Both the position numbers and the translations under genes were made by a program. Below are positions 1 through 15,434 of a stretch of 64,000 bases of DNA, in pieces (position 1 is the stretch's first letter; the number at the start of each line of letters is the position of its first letter). Below the pieces are notes generated by a model. It was not told where the DNA came from. It searched no databases and saw nothing but the letters and a program-made list of their open reading frames with translations. The stretch comes from the human T2T-CHM13v2.0 reference genome, Homo sapiens. The stretch is taken from the NCBI RefSeq assembly GCF_009914755.1, contig NC_060928.1. One strand, 5' to 3'.

Positions 1-899
1 ATCTTAGAATAACTGTGTAAATTAAAACTCAGGAGGAATAAGCCTGTGTTTTACTGTAAATTAAAGATTAAATACTGCTTGTGGCTCTTTAAGAGCCTTA
101 TTTAATCTTCCAAACAATAAATGAAATGTCCATAGTAATCCGGGTAAGCATGTGTGTATGCACAATGTGGAACTTTCCTTCTGAGACGTGTTGCTCTGCA
201 TTTGTCTCGGTCCAAGAGAAATTCATGTCCTTCCTGTAATACATTCACTAAGTTATTCATTCAATTAGTTATTCATTCATTTAGGCTTTGTATTTCAAAG
301 TTAACTAAATAAAATGGAGAGGACTTAATACTGAAACTGCAAAATCTAGTAATGCTGAAGTATAGAAAAAAGTAAGTAATTATAATACAATGTGAAGTTT
401 GCTGTAGCACTCTTATATAGAGGGTCTTCCTGGAAAATAGAAGGGAATAAATTAATTACTTTGATAGTATAGGCCAGAGAAACTTAAATAGAAAACTCAG
501 TAGTCAAATAGACTATAAAGAATAAGAAAGACTTTATCTGGAAGAGATTAGAGAAAAAAACATTGCCAGGAAATCTCTTCCTATAAAGAACCTCAAATTT
601 TTATTGACATAGTTACACTTTTTTCATTTTCTATTTTGTCAAACTTTCCATAAATATGTGGTAAGGCCTTGGAACTAGCAAAAGTGACCACATGACTCAG
701 GCAAAGCCAACCTTAGTCTATGTACTTGCAACCTTAATAGTAATCACAACAACATAAGGTAAAGAGGGTAGAAATCGATCCATCCTAAAAATAACTCTGA
801 CAAGAACCTCCACTTGTTTGTGCTAAGTAGATTTCCAGAAAGCATCTAGTTTCAATTGTCTATGGAGTCAGACTCTGTGTAGCTATGATTCAGTGAGGT

Positions 900-3140
900 A
901 CCCAATATGTTTCCTTCTCATTTATATATAAAAAGGAGCCAAAAGGAAATACTAAAAAATAAAGAAACCTAATATCAGATAAAAGAATTCCTTAAAAAAT
1001 AAATAAGCAGACCAGGTAGAGTTGAGAGTAGAATTTGTGAACTTGAAGACAGGTAAAATAAATTGTCAAAACAGAAACAAAGACAAAATTTTGAAAAAAT
1101 ACGTACATAATACAAGATATAAAACAATCAATGCTATAACATCTAAGGGGTCTTCAAAAATGTATAGGAAGTGTGTATTATGACAAAACTGTGTGTGGAT
1201 TTAAATATTATTTTACACTAAACAAGCTTGTAATAATTTGTTGTAACATGCCTGAACAAGATCTAGTTTGAGGCATTAAGAAGGATAAGACACCAGTTTA
1301 AAAAGAGGCCCTACCAGAGCAACATGAATTCTGCTAAAATTGAAGGAAACATAACATCAAATTTATGGTGAAGTGTGGGTGAAAGAATAGTGAAATTGTT
1401 GATGCTTTGCAGAAAGTTTATGAGGAAAATAATTCAAAGAAACCAGCAGTTTACAAATGGATAACTCATTTTAGGAAGATATGAGATAATGTTGAAGATG
1501 AGTCCCACACCAATAGACCATCTACATCAATTTTTGAGGAAAAATTCACATTGTTTGTGTCCTAGTTGAAGAGGATAAATAGTTAACAGCAAAAACAGTA
1601 ACCAACATCACGGAAATCTAAACTGGTTCAGCTGACACAATTCTGGCTGAAAAATTAAAGTTGAGCGAACTTTCCACTCAATGGTTGCCAAAACCATGGT
1701 GCCCAGATCAGCTGCAAACAAGAGAAGAGCTTTCAATGGAAATTTTAAACAAGAAGGATCATGATCCTGAAACATTTATTTAAAGAATTGTAACAAGAGA
1801 TAAAACATGTCCTTACTAGTATGATCCTGAAGACAGAGCATAATCAAATCAATGGCTACTAAGAGGAAGAAGTGGTCCAGTCAAAGCAAAAGCAGATGAG
1901 TCAAGAGTGAAACTCATGCAACAATTTTTGGGGATACTCAAGGCCTTTTGCTAGTTAACTTTCTGGGGAGCAAAATAACATAACATCTATTCATTTTTAG
2001 ACTGTTTTGAGAAAGTTGGTCAAAGCTGTAGCAGAAAAATGCCTAGGAAAGCGTCACCAGAGTCCTTCACCATGCTAATGCTTCTGCTCATTACTCTCAT
2101 CAAACAAGGGCAATTTTACAAGAGTTTTGATGGGAAATTATTAGGCATTCATCTTATATTTCTAATTTGGTTTCTCCTGACTTTTTTTCATTTCTTTAAA
2201 TCTTAAAATATCCTTAAAGAGGATTTTTTTTTCTTTGGGAATGGACTAAATTACTCACATCATCACTTAGAAAAATGTTTTACACTTGATGAAGCTTATG
2301 TTGAGAAAGAAAGTTTATATTTTATATTTTTATCTTTTACCCCCATTTTCCATGAGTTAAGTCCTCTTATATGTGTAATTGGAGATCCTAGATTTAGAAA
2401 GATGATAAAACAATGCAGGAAAAATATTTAATGGCCAGTGATTTTTCTAAAATTAGTGAAAGTCGATAGACTACATAACCAAGAAGCTCAGCAAACCCAA
2501 GGGGAATAAAGAAAAATAAATAAAAACAAACATATAACAGTAAGCATTCAACTAAAAACTAAAAACATCTAGACATTTATCTTTTTATAGCTGAAAAAGG
2601 AAACTTGGAGACATCCCAAGGGAAGGGGGAACATTGTATCCTAAGGAACAAAGATAAGAACTACAGTACATTTTTTTTTTTTTTGTCAACAAAGGCAGAA
2701 ACCAGAAGATGATGGAATAACATTTTTAAAGTTTTGAAATAAAAAGTCTGTAAGTTAAGGATTTTATAGCCAGTAAATTTTTAAAAAAATAAAAGTAAAA
2801 TAAGCACTTTACTTAGAGAATCAAACCTGACAGAATTTATTTTCAGCAGACATGTAGTACAAGAAATGTTAAAAGAATTTCTTCAGAAAGAATAATATGA
2901 TGCTAGATAAAAATTTCTGTCTATATAAACAAAAGTTATCAGAAATGGCAAAAATTAGGTTAAATTTAAGTCATTTATGTCTAAAACATAAAGTTTAAAG
3001 TCTAAGCATAAAGTGTTGAGTTTATTTTATAAAAGTAAAATGAATGACATCAATAACATAAAGAATATGTAAAAGAAATTTAAAATATATATCGTATATA
3101 CTATATTTTAAGTGGTGTATATTATATACTATATTTTGAG
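900..3140 (+). mobile_element. Ancient L1M ORF1-region fragment, interrupted by Hsmar2
   Basis: A-rich L1 ORF1-like text (agaatttgtgaacttgaagacagg; tgtaattggagatcc; caagaagctcagcaaacccaag) reads through on both sides of the mariner insertion. Confidence 0.6.
1146..2368 (+). mobile_element. Hsmar2 mariner DNA transposon, near full length, with decayed transposase
   Basis: Left end aggggtcttcaaaaa, right end ccattttccatgagttaagtcctc. ATG at 1324 (MNSAKIE). Degenerate mariner motifs WLPKP (~1682), IVTRDKTC (~1788), HHANASAH (~2068) and an HPPYSPDL-like segment (~2146). Frameshifts, stops and a small 3' internal deletion are present. Confidence 0.92.
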
Positions 3141-3144
3141 TGGT

Positions 3145-3500
3145 TGATATGCTTTGGCTGTGCTGCCACTCAAATCTCAATTGGAATTGTATCTCCCAGA
3201 ATTCCCATTTGCTGTGGGAGGGACCCAGGGGGAGGCAATTGAATCATGGGGGCCAGTCTTTCCCGTGCTATCCTCATGATAGAGAATAATTCTCATGAGA
3301 TCTGATGGGTTTATCAGGGGTTTCCACTTTTGCTTCTTCCTCATTTTCTCTTGCTGCCATCATGTAATATATGTCTTTTGCCTCCTGCCATGATTCTGAG
3401 GCCTCCCCAGCCATGTGGAACGGTAAGTCCAATTAAATCTCTTTTTTTCCCCCCAGTCTCAGGTATGTCTTTATCAGCAGCATGAAAAAGGACTAATACA
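3145..3500 (+). mobile_element. THE1A solo LTR (ERVL-MaLR)
   Basis: tgatatgctttggctgtg...ggactaataca. THE1A-type gggtttatcaggggtttcc. 5-bp TSD gtggt/gtggg. Confidence 0.9.
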
Positions 3501-3569
3501 GTGGGGTATTATTTAAGACTGTGATACTGCAAACTATGACTAAGAATAAATGGGACAAAAAGAAAGCAA

Positions 3570-4435
3570 CTAATATGCCAGCAACAAACAAGTTTAATTC
3601 AAAATTAAAATCACAATATCATTTACATTACCACACCCAAAATAAAATACTTACATATACACCTAACAAAATATATACAATAGCTATATGGAAAGCACTA
3701 AAATACCATGATAAAAGAATTCTAAGAACAAAATAATATTCCATGTTTATGGATAGGAAGACTCAATTTCAAGAAGTTTGTTCTTTCCAACTTGATGTAT
3801 AGATTCAGGGCAATCCCAATGCAAATCTCTGCAAACTATAACACAGATATTGAAAAACTGATTCTTAATTTTATTTGGGGAGGCAAAGGGTCTAGAATGC
3901 CCAACATGATATGGAAAGGGAAGAACAAAGTCAGAATGCTGACATTACATGACGTCAAGACTTACTATAAAACTACAGTAATTAAGACAGTGTGGTATCA
4001 GTGAAAGAATAGACAAATAGTTCAATGGAGTACTATAGAGAGTCCTGAAATATAACCACACAAATATAGTCAATTGATGTTTGACAAAAGAGCAAGGGCA
4101 ATAATATAGAGAAAAGATAGCCTGTTCATCAGAAGCTGCCAGAAAAACTGGACTTTCACACACACACAAATAAATCTAGACATAGACCTTATCACCCTTC
4201 ACAAAAATTAACTCAAAATAAAATATAAATCTAAGTGTAAAATGCAAAGCTATAAAAGTGTGAGAAGATAACATAGGAGAAAATCTAGACGACCTTGAGT
4301 TTGTCAGTGACTTCTTAGCTGCAACACCAAAGGCAGGATCCATGAAGAAAATAATTGATAAGCTGAACTTAATTAAAATTAAAAACTTTTGTTCTGATGC
4401 TGTCAAGACAATGAGAAAACAAACCATATAAACTG
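3570..4435 (+). mobile_element. Old L1M ORF2 3' fragment
   Basis: ORF 3792-4004 (YRFRAIPMQI...KTYYKTTVIKTVWY) is a degenerate L1 ORF2p C-terminal segment. Confidence 0.85.
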
Positions 4436-6310
4436 GAGACCTCTCCACTCCATGCTCAGGCAGATTTCCAGGCACATACGCACCTGGATCAGCAGCCTGA
4501 ACCACTCCACCTTTCTTGTACACAGACCATGGTGTAGTGTGGCATATTTTCCAGGCATTTGGAGTCCCTCTCACTGAAATTAGTAGCCTGAGTTGCCCCA
4601 CCCTTCCAGTGCAGAGATCTGGTTGCAGAGGGGCCCTCTCTGTTCAGTGTCCAGGTAGATGTCCAGGCATTTGGAACACCCACTTGCCTGGGTCAGCAGC
4701 TTGAGTCACCCACTCTTCTTGTGCAGAGACCATGATGAAGTGGAGCCCTCTCTCTCCACACCTAGAAATATCTCCAGGCATTAGGGGCACTCATTTGCCT
4801 GGGCCAGAAGCTTGTGCCAACCCATACTTCTTTGGCACAGATTGCAGTGCAGGGTGTTCTCTGCTCCACACCTAGGCAAATCTCCAGGAATTCACAGGAC
4901 CTACTCACTTGGATCAGCACCCTAAGTTACCTCACCCTTCCTGTGTGGAGACCATGGTAAAATAGAGCCCTGTCTGCCCTATGCCCAGGCATATGTCCAG
5001 GCATCTGGAGCACCCACCTACTTGGAATTGTAGTTTAGCCCAACCTCCTCCTCATGCAGAGAACTTGGGGCTGAGATGGTTTCCCAGCTTCATGCCTAAG
5101 TACATGTTTGGGTGCTTTGTGGCTGTCCACTGAATTCTCTTTCAGTGCTGAAGCTTGTGACTCCTATGGGGAAACATGTAGATGGGCCTGCCTAAACTGA
5201 TCCTCACCATCTTGGCACCCAAAGAGGCTGAGCAGGAAGCTCAGACCACTGTGCACTCCATGGATCAACCCATTTCCTGAGGCAACAGAGAGCTTCCGCC
5301 AGTAAACAAGGAGCTAGTATATATCTAGCCACTTTGGATATAGCTGTTTTTTTTTTTTTTTAACCCAGAAGCACCATCTACCAGCTTGTAGATCAAACTG
5401 CACAGCTCAATATGAAACATGATAAAAGAAGTGAATAGGGAATTAGAAACAAAACCAAAAGTTCCTACCCAACATTCTCTAAAGTCCTACACAACATGGT
5501 GGGTAGAAGGAGGGAAAGGCAAAGGAAAAAAGTAGTAAAATAGGCAAAGAAAGAAAAAGAAAAAAATTCTACCTGTGAAAATAATTACAAAAATTAGAAT
5601 TGTCAGTGTCTCTGGATGAAAAGAAACCAGGGCAAGAATTCAGGCACCATGAATAATCTGAATATAGTAACATCATCAAAGGATCACGTTAGCTCTCTAG
5701 CAATGGTCTAACCAAAATGGAAATTCAGAAATGGCAGTTAAAAAAATTCAGTGCATGGACTGCAAGGAAGTTGACAAGATGTAAGATAAGGTTAAACATC
5801 AACATAAAGGAATTTGTAAAGCAACCCAAGAAATGAAGAAAGAGATAAGCATCTTTAAAAGAAATAAATCAGAGCTTCTGGAATTGAAAAACTGACTCAA
5901 GAAAATTCAAAATATATTATAAATACAAAATACAACACAAAACAAATTGCAATAACTTTATCAGTATACTGTTTCAAGCAGAAGAAAGAATTTTAGAGCT
6001 TAAGGCAAGTTTTTCAAACTAACCTAGTCAGACAAAAATAAATAAAAATATTTATAAAAAATAAAGTCTTCAGGAAATATGGCAATATGTAAAGCAACTC
6101 AACCTGTTAATTACTGGCATTCTTAGAAAAGAAGGAGAAAAACTCAACAACCTGTAAAGTATTCAAGAAAATTTCCCAAATGTCATTAGAGAGGTAGACA
6201 TCCAGTTAGTTACAAGAAATCCAGAGGACGCCTGTGAGATACTTTGCAAAGCAAACATCACCAAGATATAGTCATCAGACTGTCCAAAGTCAACACTAAA
6301 AAAAAATATT

Positions 6311-6618
6311 GGCCTGCTGTGGTGGCTCACATCTGTAATCCCAGCACTTTGGGAGGCCGAGGCAGGCATTCAAGGCCAGGAATTTGAGAACAGCCTGGCC
6401 AACATGGTGAAACACCATCTCTACTGAAACTACAAAAATTAGTCATGCATGGTGGCAGGCACCTGTAGTCCCAGCTATTTGGGAGGCTGAGACACAAGAA
6501 TTACTTGAACCGGGAGGTGGAGGTTGCACAGAACTGAGGTCGCACCACTGCACTCTATCCTGGGCAACAGAGCAAGAATCTGGAATCTGGAATCTGGCAA
6601 AAAAAAAAAAAAAAAAAA
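6311..6618 (+). mobile_element. Alu (old AluS/AluJ), full length
   Basis: ggcctgctgtggtggctcac...cagagcaagaatc plus A tail. Confidence 0.93.
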
Positions 6619-6873
6619 CTTAAAAGCAGCTAGAGAAAAAAGTCAGATCACATAAACAGGGACCCTAATCATGCTAATAGCACATTTCTAAGCAGAAACC
6701 TTATAAGCCAGGAGAGATTGGGGGCCTAGTTTCAGCATTCTTATAGAAAAATAATTCAACCAAAAATTTCATATCCTGCCAAACTATGCTTCTTGAGTAA
6801 AGAAGAAATGAAATATTTTCTAGACAGGCAAGCACTAAGGGAATTAGTTACCATTAGAACTTCCTTACAAGAC

Positions 6874-7178
<305 letters not shown>

Positions 7179-7719
7179 AGAACTGCCTTACCAGAAATTC
7201 TTAAGGAAGTTCTAAACAAGGAAATGAAAGAAAGATACCTACTACCACAAAAACACACTTAAGTAAATCGCCAACAGACCCTAGAAGGCAACCACAAAAT
7301 AGAAACTACAAGGCAACCAGGTAACAACATAATGATAGGCTCGAAACTTCACATATCAATATTAACCTTTAATGTAAATGGTCTAAATGCCTCATTTAAA
7401 AAGTACAGAGTTGGAAGTTGGACAAAAACAAAAAATTGAGATCCATCCAGCTGTTGTCTGCAAGAGACCCATTTCACATGTTATGATATCTATAGGCTCA
7501 AAGTGAAGGGTTAAATATGTATCCTAGAAACAGAAAACAAAACAGAAGGAGTGGTTTATTCTTATATCAGATAAAACAGACTCTAAACAAACAACAGCAG
7601 AAAGGGACAAGAAGGGCATTACATAATGGTAAAAGCTTCAATTGAACAAGACTTTACTCACTTAAATCTACATGCACCCCACATTGAAGCACACAGATTC
7701 ATAAAACAAGTACTTCTAG

Positions 7720-9105
<1,386 letters not shown>

Positions 9106-9165
9106 GAAATCTTTTACAGCCACACAACAAAAGTGGGGATTTCAACATCGCAACCGACAGCATTA

Positions 9166-9385
9166 GACCAGCCTGGGCAACATGAAGAAACCTCATCTCT
9201 ACAAAAAGTACAAAGTTTTCCAGGCATGATGGCGTGTTCCTGTAGTCCCAGCTACAGGAACTGAGGATGCTGAGGTGGGGGATCACTTGAGCATCAGGAG
9301 GTTGAGGCTGCAGTTAGCCATGTTTATGCCACCGCACTCCAGCCTGGGCAACAAAGTGAGACTTTCCCTTGAAAAGAAAATAAAA
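9166..9385 (+). mobile_element. 5'-truncated AluJ
   Basis: agaccagcctgggcaacat...gaggttgaggctgcagttagccatg...A-rich tail. Confidence 0.88.
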
Positions 9386-9419
9386 ATTTAAATTAATAGT
9401 ATTGGTGTTTAAAAATGGG

Positions 9420-9960
9420 AAAATATCTTTAAAAGAGCATAAAGGAGTATATTATAAACAGTATTATGCCATTTGCTTAAAATTTTTGGATAAATCAACA
9501 AATCCTTTGAAAGTTATCAATTACCAGAACTTAAGACAATAAGAAATGGAAAATCTGAATTACCTATATCATTAAGAGGAAATTAAAACAATAATGCAAA
9601 ACCTTCCTATGAAAATGTTAGGCCTAATCTTTCACTAGTGAAAATGTGAGCATATTAAAAAGATATAATGCCAGTGTTACTAGCCCTTTCAGAAGAGAGA
9701 ACTAAGAGGAAAAATTTTCTAAATCATCATATGAGGCTAGAATTTCCATCGTAGCAAACCCAGAGAAGAGTATTACAACAAAAAAGAAAACCATAGTCCA
9801 ATAATCCTAACAATTGAAGATTATAATAGTCAGTAAAACATTACCAAGTCTAGTCCTTCAAAATTATAACATTTAATGGCCGAGTGAGCATTATCACAGG
9901 AAGACAAGTTTGTTTTTTCGTTCATAAAGCATTTAATGTGTAATTAGCAACATTAATAAA
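9420..9960 (+). mobile_element. Ancient L1M ORF2 fragment
   Basis: aagaaatggaaaatctgaat, tcatcatatgaggctagaatt, aaaagaaaaccatagtccaata resemble L1 ORF2. Confidence 0.6.
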
Positions 9961-10179
9961 ATTGTCACATGGAAATTTACTTTAATAGAATGGTAGCCTC
10001 CAAGTATACTCTTGGAGGAAGAGTGACCCCAGAAGTCATGGAACTGAAAGGTTTGCAGAGCAAGTTAAAATGCTCTACTCACATGATTTATTAAATCAAT
10101 TAAAAACGTACAGCATCAAGTGAGGTGAGTTAGATGGGGATAAGTTATCCCATTTACAAAGCATGCAAACAGGTATGTG

Positions 10180-10572
10180 TTGCATATACATCATGGAATA
10201 CTATGCAGCCATAAGAAAGAACAAGATTATGTTCTTTGCAACAACGTTGATGGAGCTTGAGGACATTATTCTAAGGAACTAATACAGGAACAGGAAAAAA
10301 AATACCACATATACTCATTTATAAGTGAGAACTAAACATTGAGTACAGATGGACACAAAGAAAGGAAGAACAGATACTGGGGCCTATTTGAGGGTGGAGA
10401 GTAGAGGGTTGGAGGAGGAACAGAATAAAAAAAACTACCTATCAGGTACTATGCTTATTACCCTGGTGACAAAATAATCTGTACACCAAATGCCTGTGAC
10501 ATGTAGTTTACCTATATAACAAACCTGAGCATGTCCCTGACCCTAAAATAAAAGTTACAAAGAAGAAGAAAA
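10180..10572 (+). mobile_element. L1PA15/16 3' end
   Basis: catggaatactatgcagccataa...actacctatcaggtactatgcttattac...cctaaaataaaagtt. Confidence 0.88.
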
Positions 10573-11119
10573 AGTATGTATATATTGAAATTAAATATTC
10601 CTATTTTCTAAGAGTGGGAGGACATTAACTTATTTTGATTTTAAATTGGTGACTTTTTACTGAGGACCAAATTCACATATTTGCCCAGCCTTGGAAAATG
10701 CAGTGCCATTGCAGTATCTGTCTTTGTCTCCTCTACATAACACAGATGCCATCCTTCCAAGAAACTATCTTATCCTTAATTGTTTAAATGAATTTTGCCT
10801 ACGCCCGCAACCTCATTTTTGATCTGCTTAACAAATAAAATCTGGGATAGAATTCTGGAGCCTATGCCTGGGCATGATGTCAGAAGAAAGACAGTTTTGT
10901 TATGTTTTGATTTGTTTCCCCCAATTCTGAACTGTTTAATATTTCACCTAGACTACAGGTTTGATTTCCTTTACTTGTATTGCTGATGCCTAGATAAGGT
11001 GTCAGGTGTGCTTTAATTTTATTTCCTTTGAAAATACAATATTATACTGTATTGATGTAAATATTTTCATAACATAAGCAGTTATGGAGATGATGGCATA
11101 TAAATGAATAGTTGATGGG

Positions 11120-11345
11120 TCCTGGAGTCCCACTGGGTGAGTCTGCATTTTAAATTTGTCACTTCTAGCTGCATGACTTGGGCAAATTATTTTAATCTCT
11201 TTGGGCTTCCCAGTCCTAAAGGGGAATAGTATTAGTTTCACCCTCAAGTGCTTGCTAAGAATATTTGGTAAAATAATACATGTAAAGGACATGGAAGTGT
11301 TTCTGGCACAGATTAAGCCCTCCATACTATAAACCATATTGTTAT
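11120..11345 (+). mobile_element. MIR SINE
   Basis: ctagctgcatgacttgggcaaattatt core; ataatacatgtaaag...ctggcacag 3' part. Confidence 0.75.
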
Positions 11346-12029
11346 ACTTAATATTAAGTGAAAACATCTGTGATATATTTAAAGATTTTAATATTTGCAT
11401 TAGTTTGAATTTTATAACTGCCTTTGTATTGATGAAGAAATATATAATAAAAAATTAAGTAAAAGTTACTCTGAGTCTAATGCATGTGTAATGCATGAAA
11501 AGCTTGACACAAAAAGTAAGTGGTTTGGAGAAATCAGGAAAGGGGGCAAGCTTCAGAAACTCCCAAGAGACTAATAGCATAGACTATCAAAAAAGACAGA
11601 TTTGTCACAGACTTACAAATAAATTACTGAAGACAACATTAGTAGACTAACCTACTTTCAACACAACATGAAACTCTATTCCAGATTCATTTCCAACTTT
11701 TAAAAATACTATATTAACTTTTCAGTAAATATGTGTATAGTATCTGCAATTGAAAAGTTGAAGAAAACATTGTAACAGAAAAGTCCACCAGTATATCTGT
11801 CTCTTGTATTCAGTGTGTACCATAAAAAGTAGCAATAATATCCACTAAAAGCAGAACACAACAGCTAATATGAAAATGTCTAAGTAGTAAAGGATTCCTG
11901 AACTGTGAATTCATTGAAGTTCATTCTATATTATGGATTGTTTTGAATGATGCTAATGTATATGATATATGCATGTTTGTACACTTTGCATGTATTTTAG
12001 GAATTCATTCAAAATCATTTTGCATGTTG

Positions 12030-13800
12030 TTTGCTTTTTATTTACTAAAGTTATTGAAATATGGACCTTTTATAATCTAATTACGTTGAAAGGCACAGGG
12101 CTGTATTAGATAGTTTGAAGAATTTTAACAACACGTACACGTATTTAATCCATAGTCCTACCAGGTTATAGAATACTTTTGTGTACCCAGAAAGTTATCT
12201 TGATGCCCCTTTTTTGCCAATCATAGTGTCTACTAGAAGCGAACATTATTCTGATTTCTATCACCATAGATTAATTTTGTTCATTCCAGAACTTCTTGGA
12301 AATCATGCAATATGTCCTCTCATGCCAAGCTTCCTTCACCCAGCATAATATATTTTTGAGATTCATCCATTTTGTTCTGTGCATAAGTAATATGTTCCTT
12401 TTTGTATTGCATTTTGTATATTTATTTACTGCTAGATATTTGTGTCGCTTCCTGTTTTTAGCTATTATGACTAGTGCCGCTGTGAATCATCATGTATAAG
12501 AATTTTTCTAGACACTTTTGTCTAGTGCAAAGGATACATGAATAGTGGATGGATAAATGGATTCCTGGGTCATAAGGTGGGGCATGTTTTAATTTATTAG
12601 AAATAGCCAGAGTATTTTTCAAAATGATTTCACCATTAATTCCCATAAGCAAAAGGTAGGAATCCTGGTTGCTCTATATCCTGGGGAATATTCAGGATTT
12701 CAAGTATTTCATTTGATCAATTCTACTAGGTATATGATATCACACAGTGAAATTAATATCTGTGTATTTAATGACTATTGATATTGAGCACTTTTCAAAT
12801 ATTATCTTCTTGTGAAGTGCCTTTTCAAGTCTTTTGTCCCTTTTTTGGTGAAATCATTTGTCTTTTTATTATTGAGTTAGAGGCTTTCTTTATATATGTA
12901 TTTGAAATAACTTTGTCAACTATAAATGTTTGGAACTGTTTCTCCCACTGTCAGTTGTGAGAGAAATATTTCTAAATTTTTAAAATATTCAGATTCTAAA
13001 AGCTGTCTTTTGAAAAAGAGATTTTTTTACTTTTATAAAGTCTGATTAATAAACTTTTTCACTTATGCCTAGGGACTTTTGTGTTTTTTATGAGATACAT
13101 TTGACAATTTAAAGTGACAAAGAGTGTCTTTTTTAGAAGCTTTATAGTTGAGATTTTATGGTTAGGTCCATCTCAAATTGATCTTTTGCTTTTGTCGTAA
13201 GGTAAGAATTGAGGTGCATTTTCTTTTCATTTTTTATATGTGATTGTTGCATAACTATTTATTTATTTATTTATCTATTTATGAGACAGGTCTTTCTCTG
13301 ACTCCCAGGCTGAAGTGCAGAGGCATGATCATAGCTCAGTAGAACTTCGAATTCCTGGGCTGAAGTAATCTTCCCTCTTTAGCCTCCCAAGTAGCTGGGA
13401 CTTCAGGCATGCATCACCATACCCAGCTGTTTTTTAAAATTAATTTTTATAGAGGTAGGGTCTCACTGTGTTCCCCAGGCTGCCACTATCATTTATTGAA
13501 AAAACTTTTATTTCCCATTAAATTGTTTACTGCTTCTTAAAAAACTAATTGACCATGTATATGTGTGATTATTTCTAGACTACTCTGTATCAAAATCAAT
13601 TAGTATTAGTTCGTATATTTTATTTTTTTAAAAAAATTATATCGGTTAATCTTTTCATTTCTATATAAATTATAGAATTACATTGTCAGTTACTATTAAG
13701 AGCCCTGCTGAGGTTTTGAGTTGTTTCATGGTGAATCAGTAGATCATTTTAGGAAGACTTGACATCTTAACATGGGGTACTCCTCATTCATGAGGTTCTA
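12030..13800 (-). mobile_element. Ancient L1ME-type fragment
   Basis: T-rich antisense L1 3' UTR/ORF2 text (ttttgagattcatccat, tgtgaagtgccttttcaagtcttttg, agacttgacatcttaaca). Confidence 0.7.
13256..13482 (-). mobile_element. AluJ, 5'-truncated
   Basis: (TTTA)n tail, gatcatagctcag, cctcccaagtagctgggac. Confidence 0.88.
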
Positions 13801-14456
13801 ATATGGCGTCTCTTTGCTGACACTTTTTTCTGGCCCCATTTGTCCTCAATTCAAGAATATAAATAAAACCCACAGTTAATTAGAGGCTAATCTGTATGAT
13901 ACTGTAATGACCTGGTACAAATTATTTCATCTTTCCAACAGAGAAAGTATGTGTCATTGAGTTGGGGCATCTTCCATCTTTGGGTCCCTTTGTTCAAACC
14001 TCAATTCTGGTCCTTATACCATCCATGGGGAAGGCTAGTGCAGCAGAAAGTGAGAGACCAGGCATATAAGCATTGCTTATCCCAAGACTCAGGTAGGATT
14101 AATTTGTTATATATGCAATCATGGACAGTGGTTGTCTTTTGATGTAGGATGTGAAAGCCTGAAGTTTCAGGAGCTAAAAATGGGTAGGAGGCAGATGTTT
14201 GTGATTCCTAACAGGAGGGTGGACCTGTTGTGTTGTTTTGTTTTGTTTTTCTCAGTAAACCATCAAGTGGACAGTCATATCCAGTCATATCGGCTACACC
14301 TGCCTGTTTCCAGAGATCTAAGCAGTCTTGCATAGAATGTGTTAATGATGACCATAGACATAGCTCAAACACAGTAAGACTCCAGAGTATAGAAATCTAA
14401 AGTCTCTGGATGTTGAGACAACCAGAGGAGTGATCTGAAATAAAGCCATAAATAAC

Positions 14457-14600
<144 letters not shown>

Positions 14601-15434
14601 TAATGAGAATTTTTCTCATAGCAATAGAAACACAGATTCAGATTTATCTCTGAAAAATTGAATGACGTGATACATATTAATGAATATTATTTGTTATTAT
14701 AGGAAGCGGAATATATAGGGGATCTATTTTCAAATGGATCCTCACTCAATAAAGAATAGATAAATAATTGTGGTGGATTGAAACTCATTTCCCTTATTCT
14801 TTATCTTTCTTCTCCTGCTTAAAGGACAGTTGTTCGGGATGATTTAAATTAGCACTTTCTCAATTTCATTGAGAGTAATTTGCTACAAACATTTACTGTC
14901 AAAGTGTTCAAATTAGAGATATTTAAATGTTTGTGTAAAAAGATAAAATGGGGAGATTTCCATTTATGTTTTAAAAATGTAATACATGGATTAAGAAATT
15001 ATTTTCTCTTGGCTCTGATGCATTAGAGGTTGACTATGTACTTTAATTTGTTATCAAAACATAATTTTTACGTCTAATATATGAATATTTTTATAATAGT
15101 AGCTCTACTATAAGAAAATGGATATGACCTATACCTATTTATAAGTTGATAACAGAAATCAAATATACATTTTTTGTACTATTAATACCAGATGTTTTCA
15201 CTGAATACAAAGATTTGACAAAACATATTCTGGAATGCCGATGTGAAACTTAATCTATATATTAAGATTATAATGTTAATTAAACATTTATTATCTTAAT
15301 GGGATTTTTCAAAGCTGTGGTTAATTGAATTTATTACTAGAAGCTGCTAATCTCTGAGATTTACATTTAACAGTAGGATGATCTTAATTTGCCCCATTAT
15401 TGTGCCAATTTTAACTGATATTTCCAGTTATTTC

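Noticed and set aside
4436-5040. CRISPR-like repeat-spacer array
   Set aside because: Whole units are homologous diverged monomers, not constant repeats with unique spacers. The context is a eukaryotic L1 with no cas genes.
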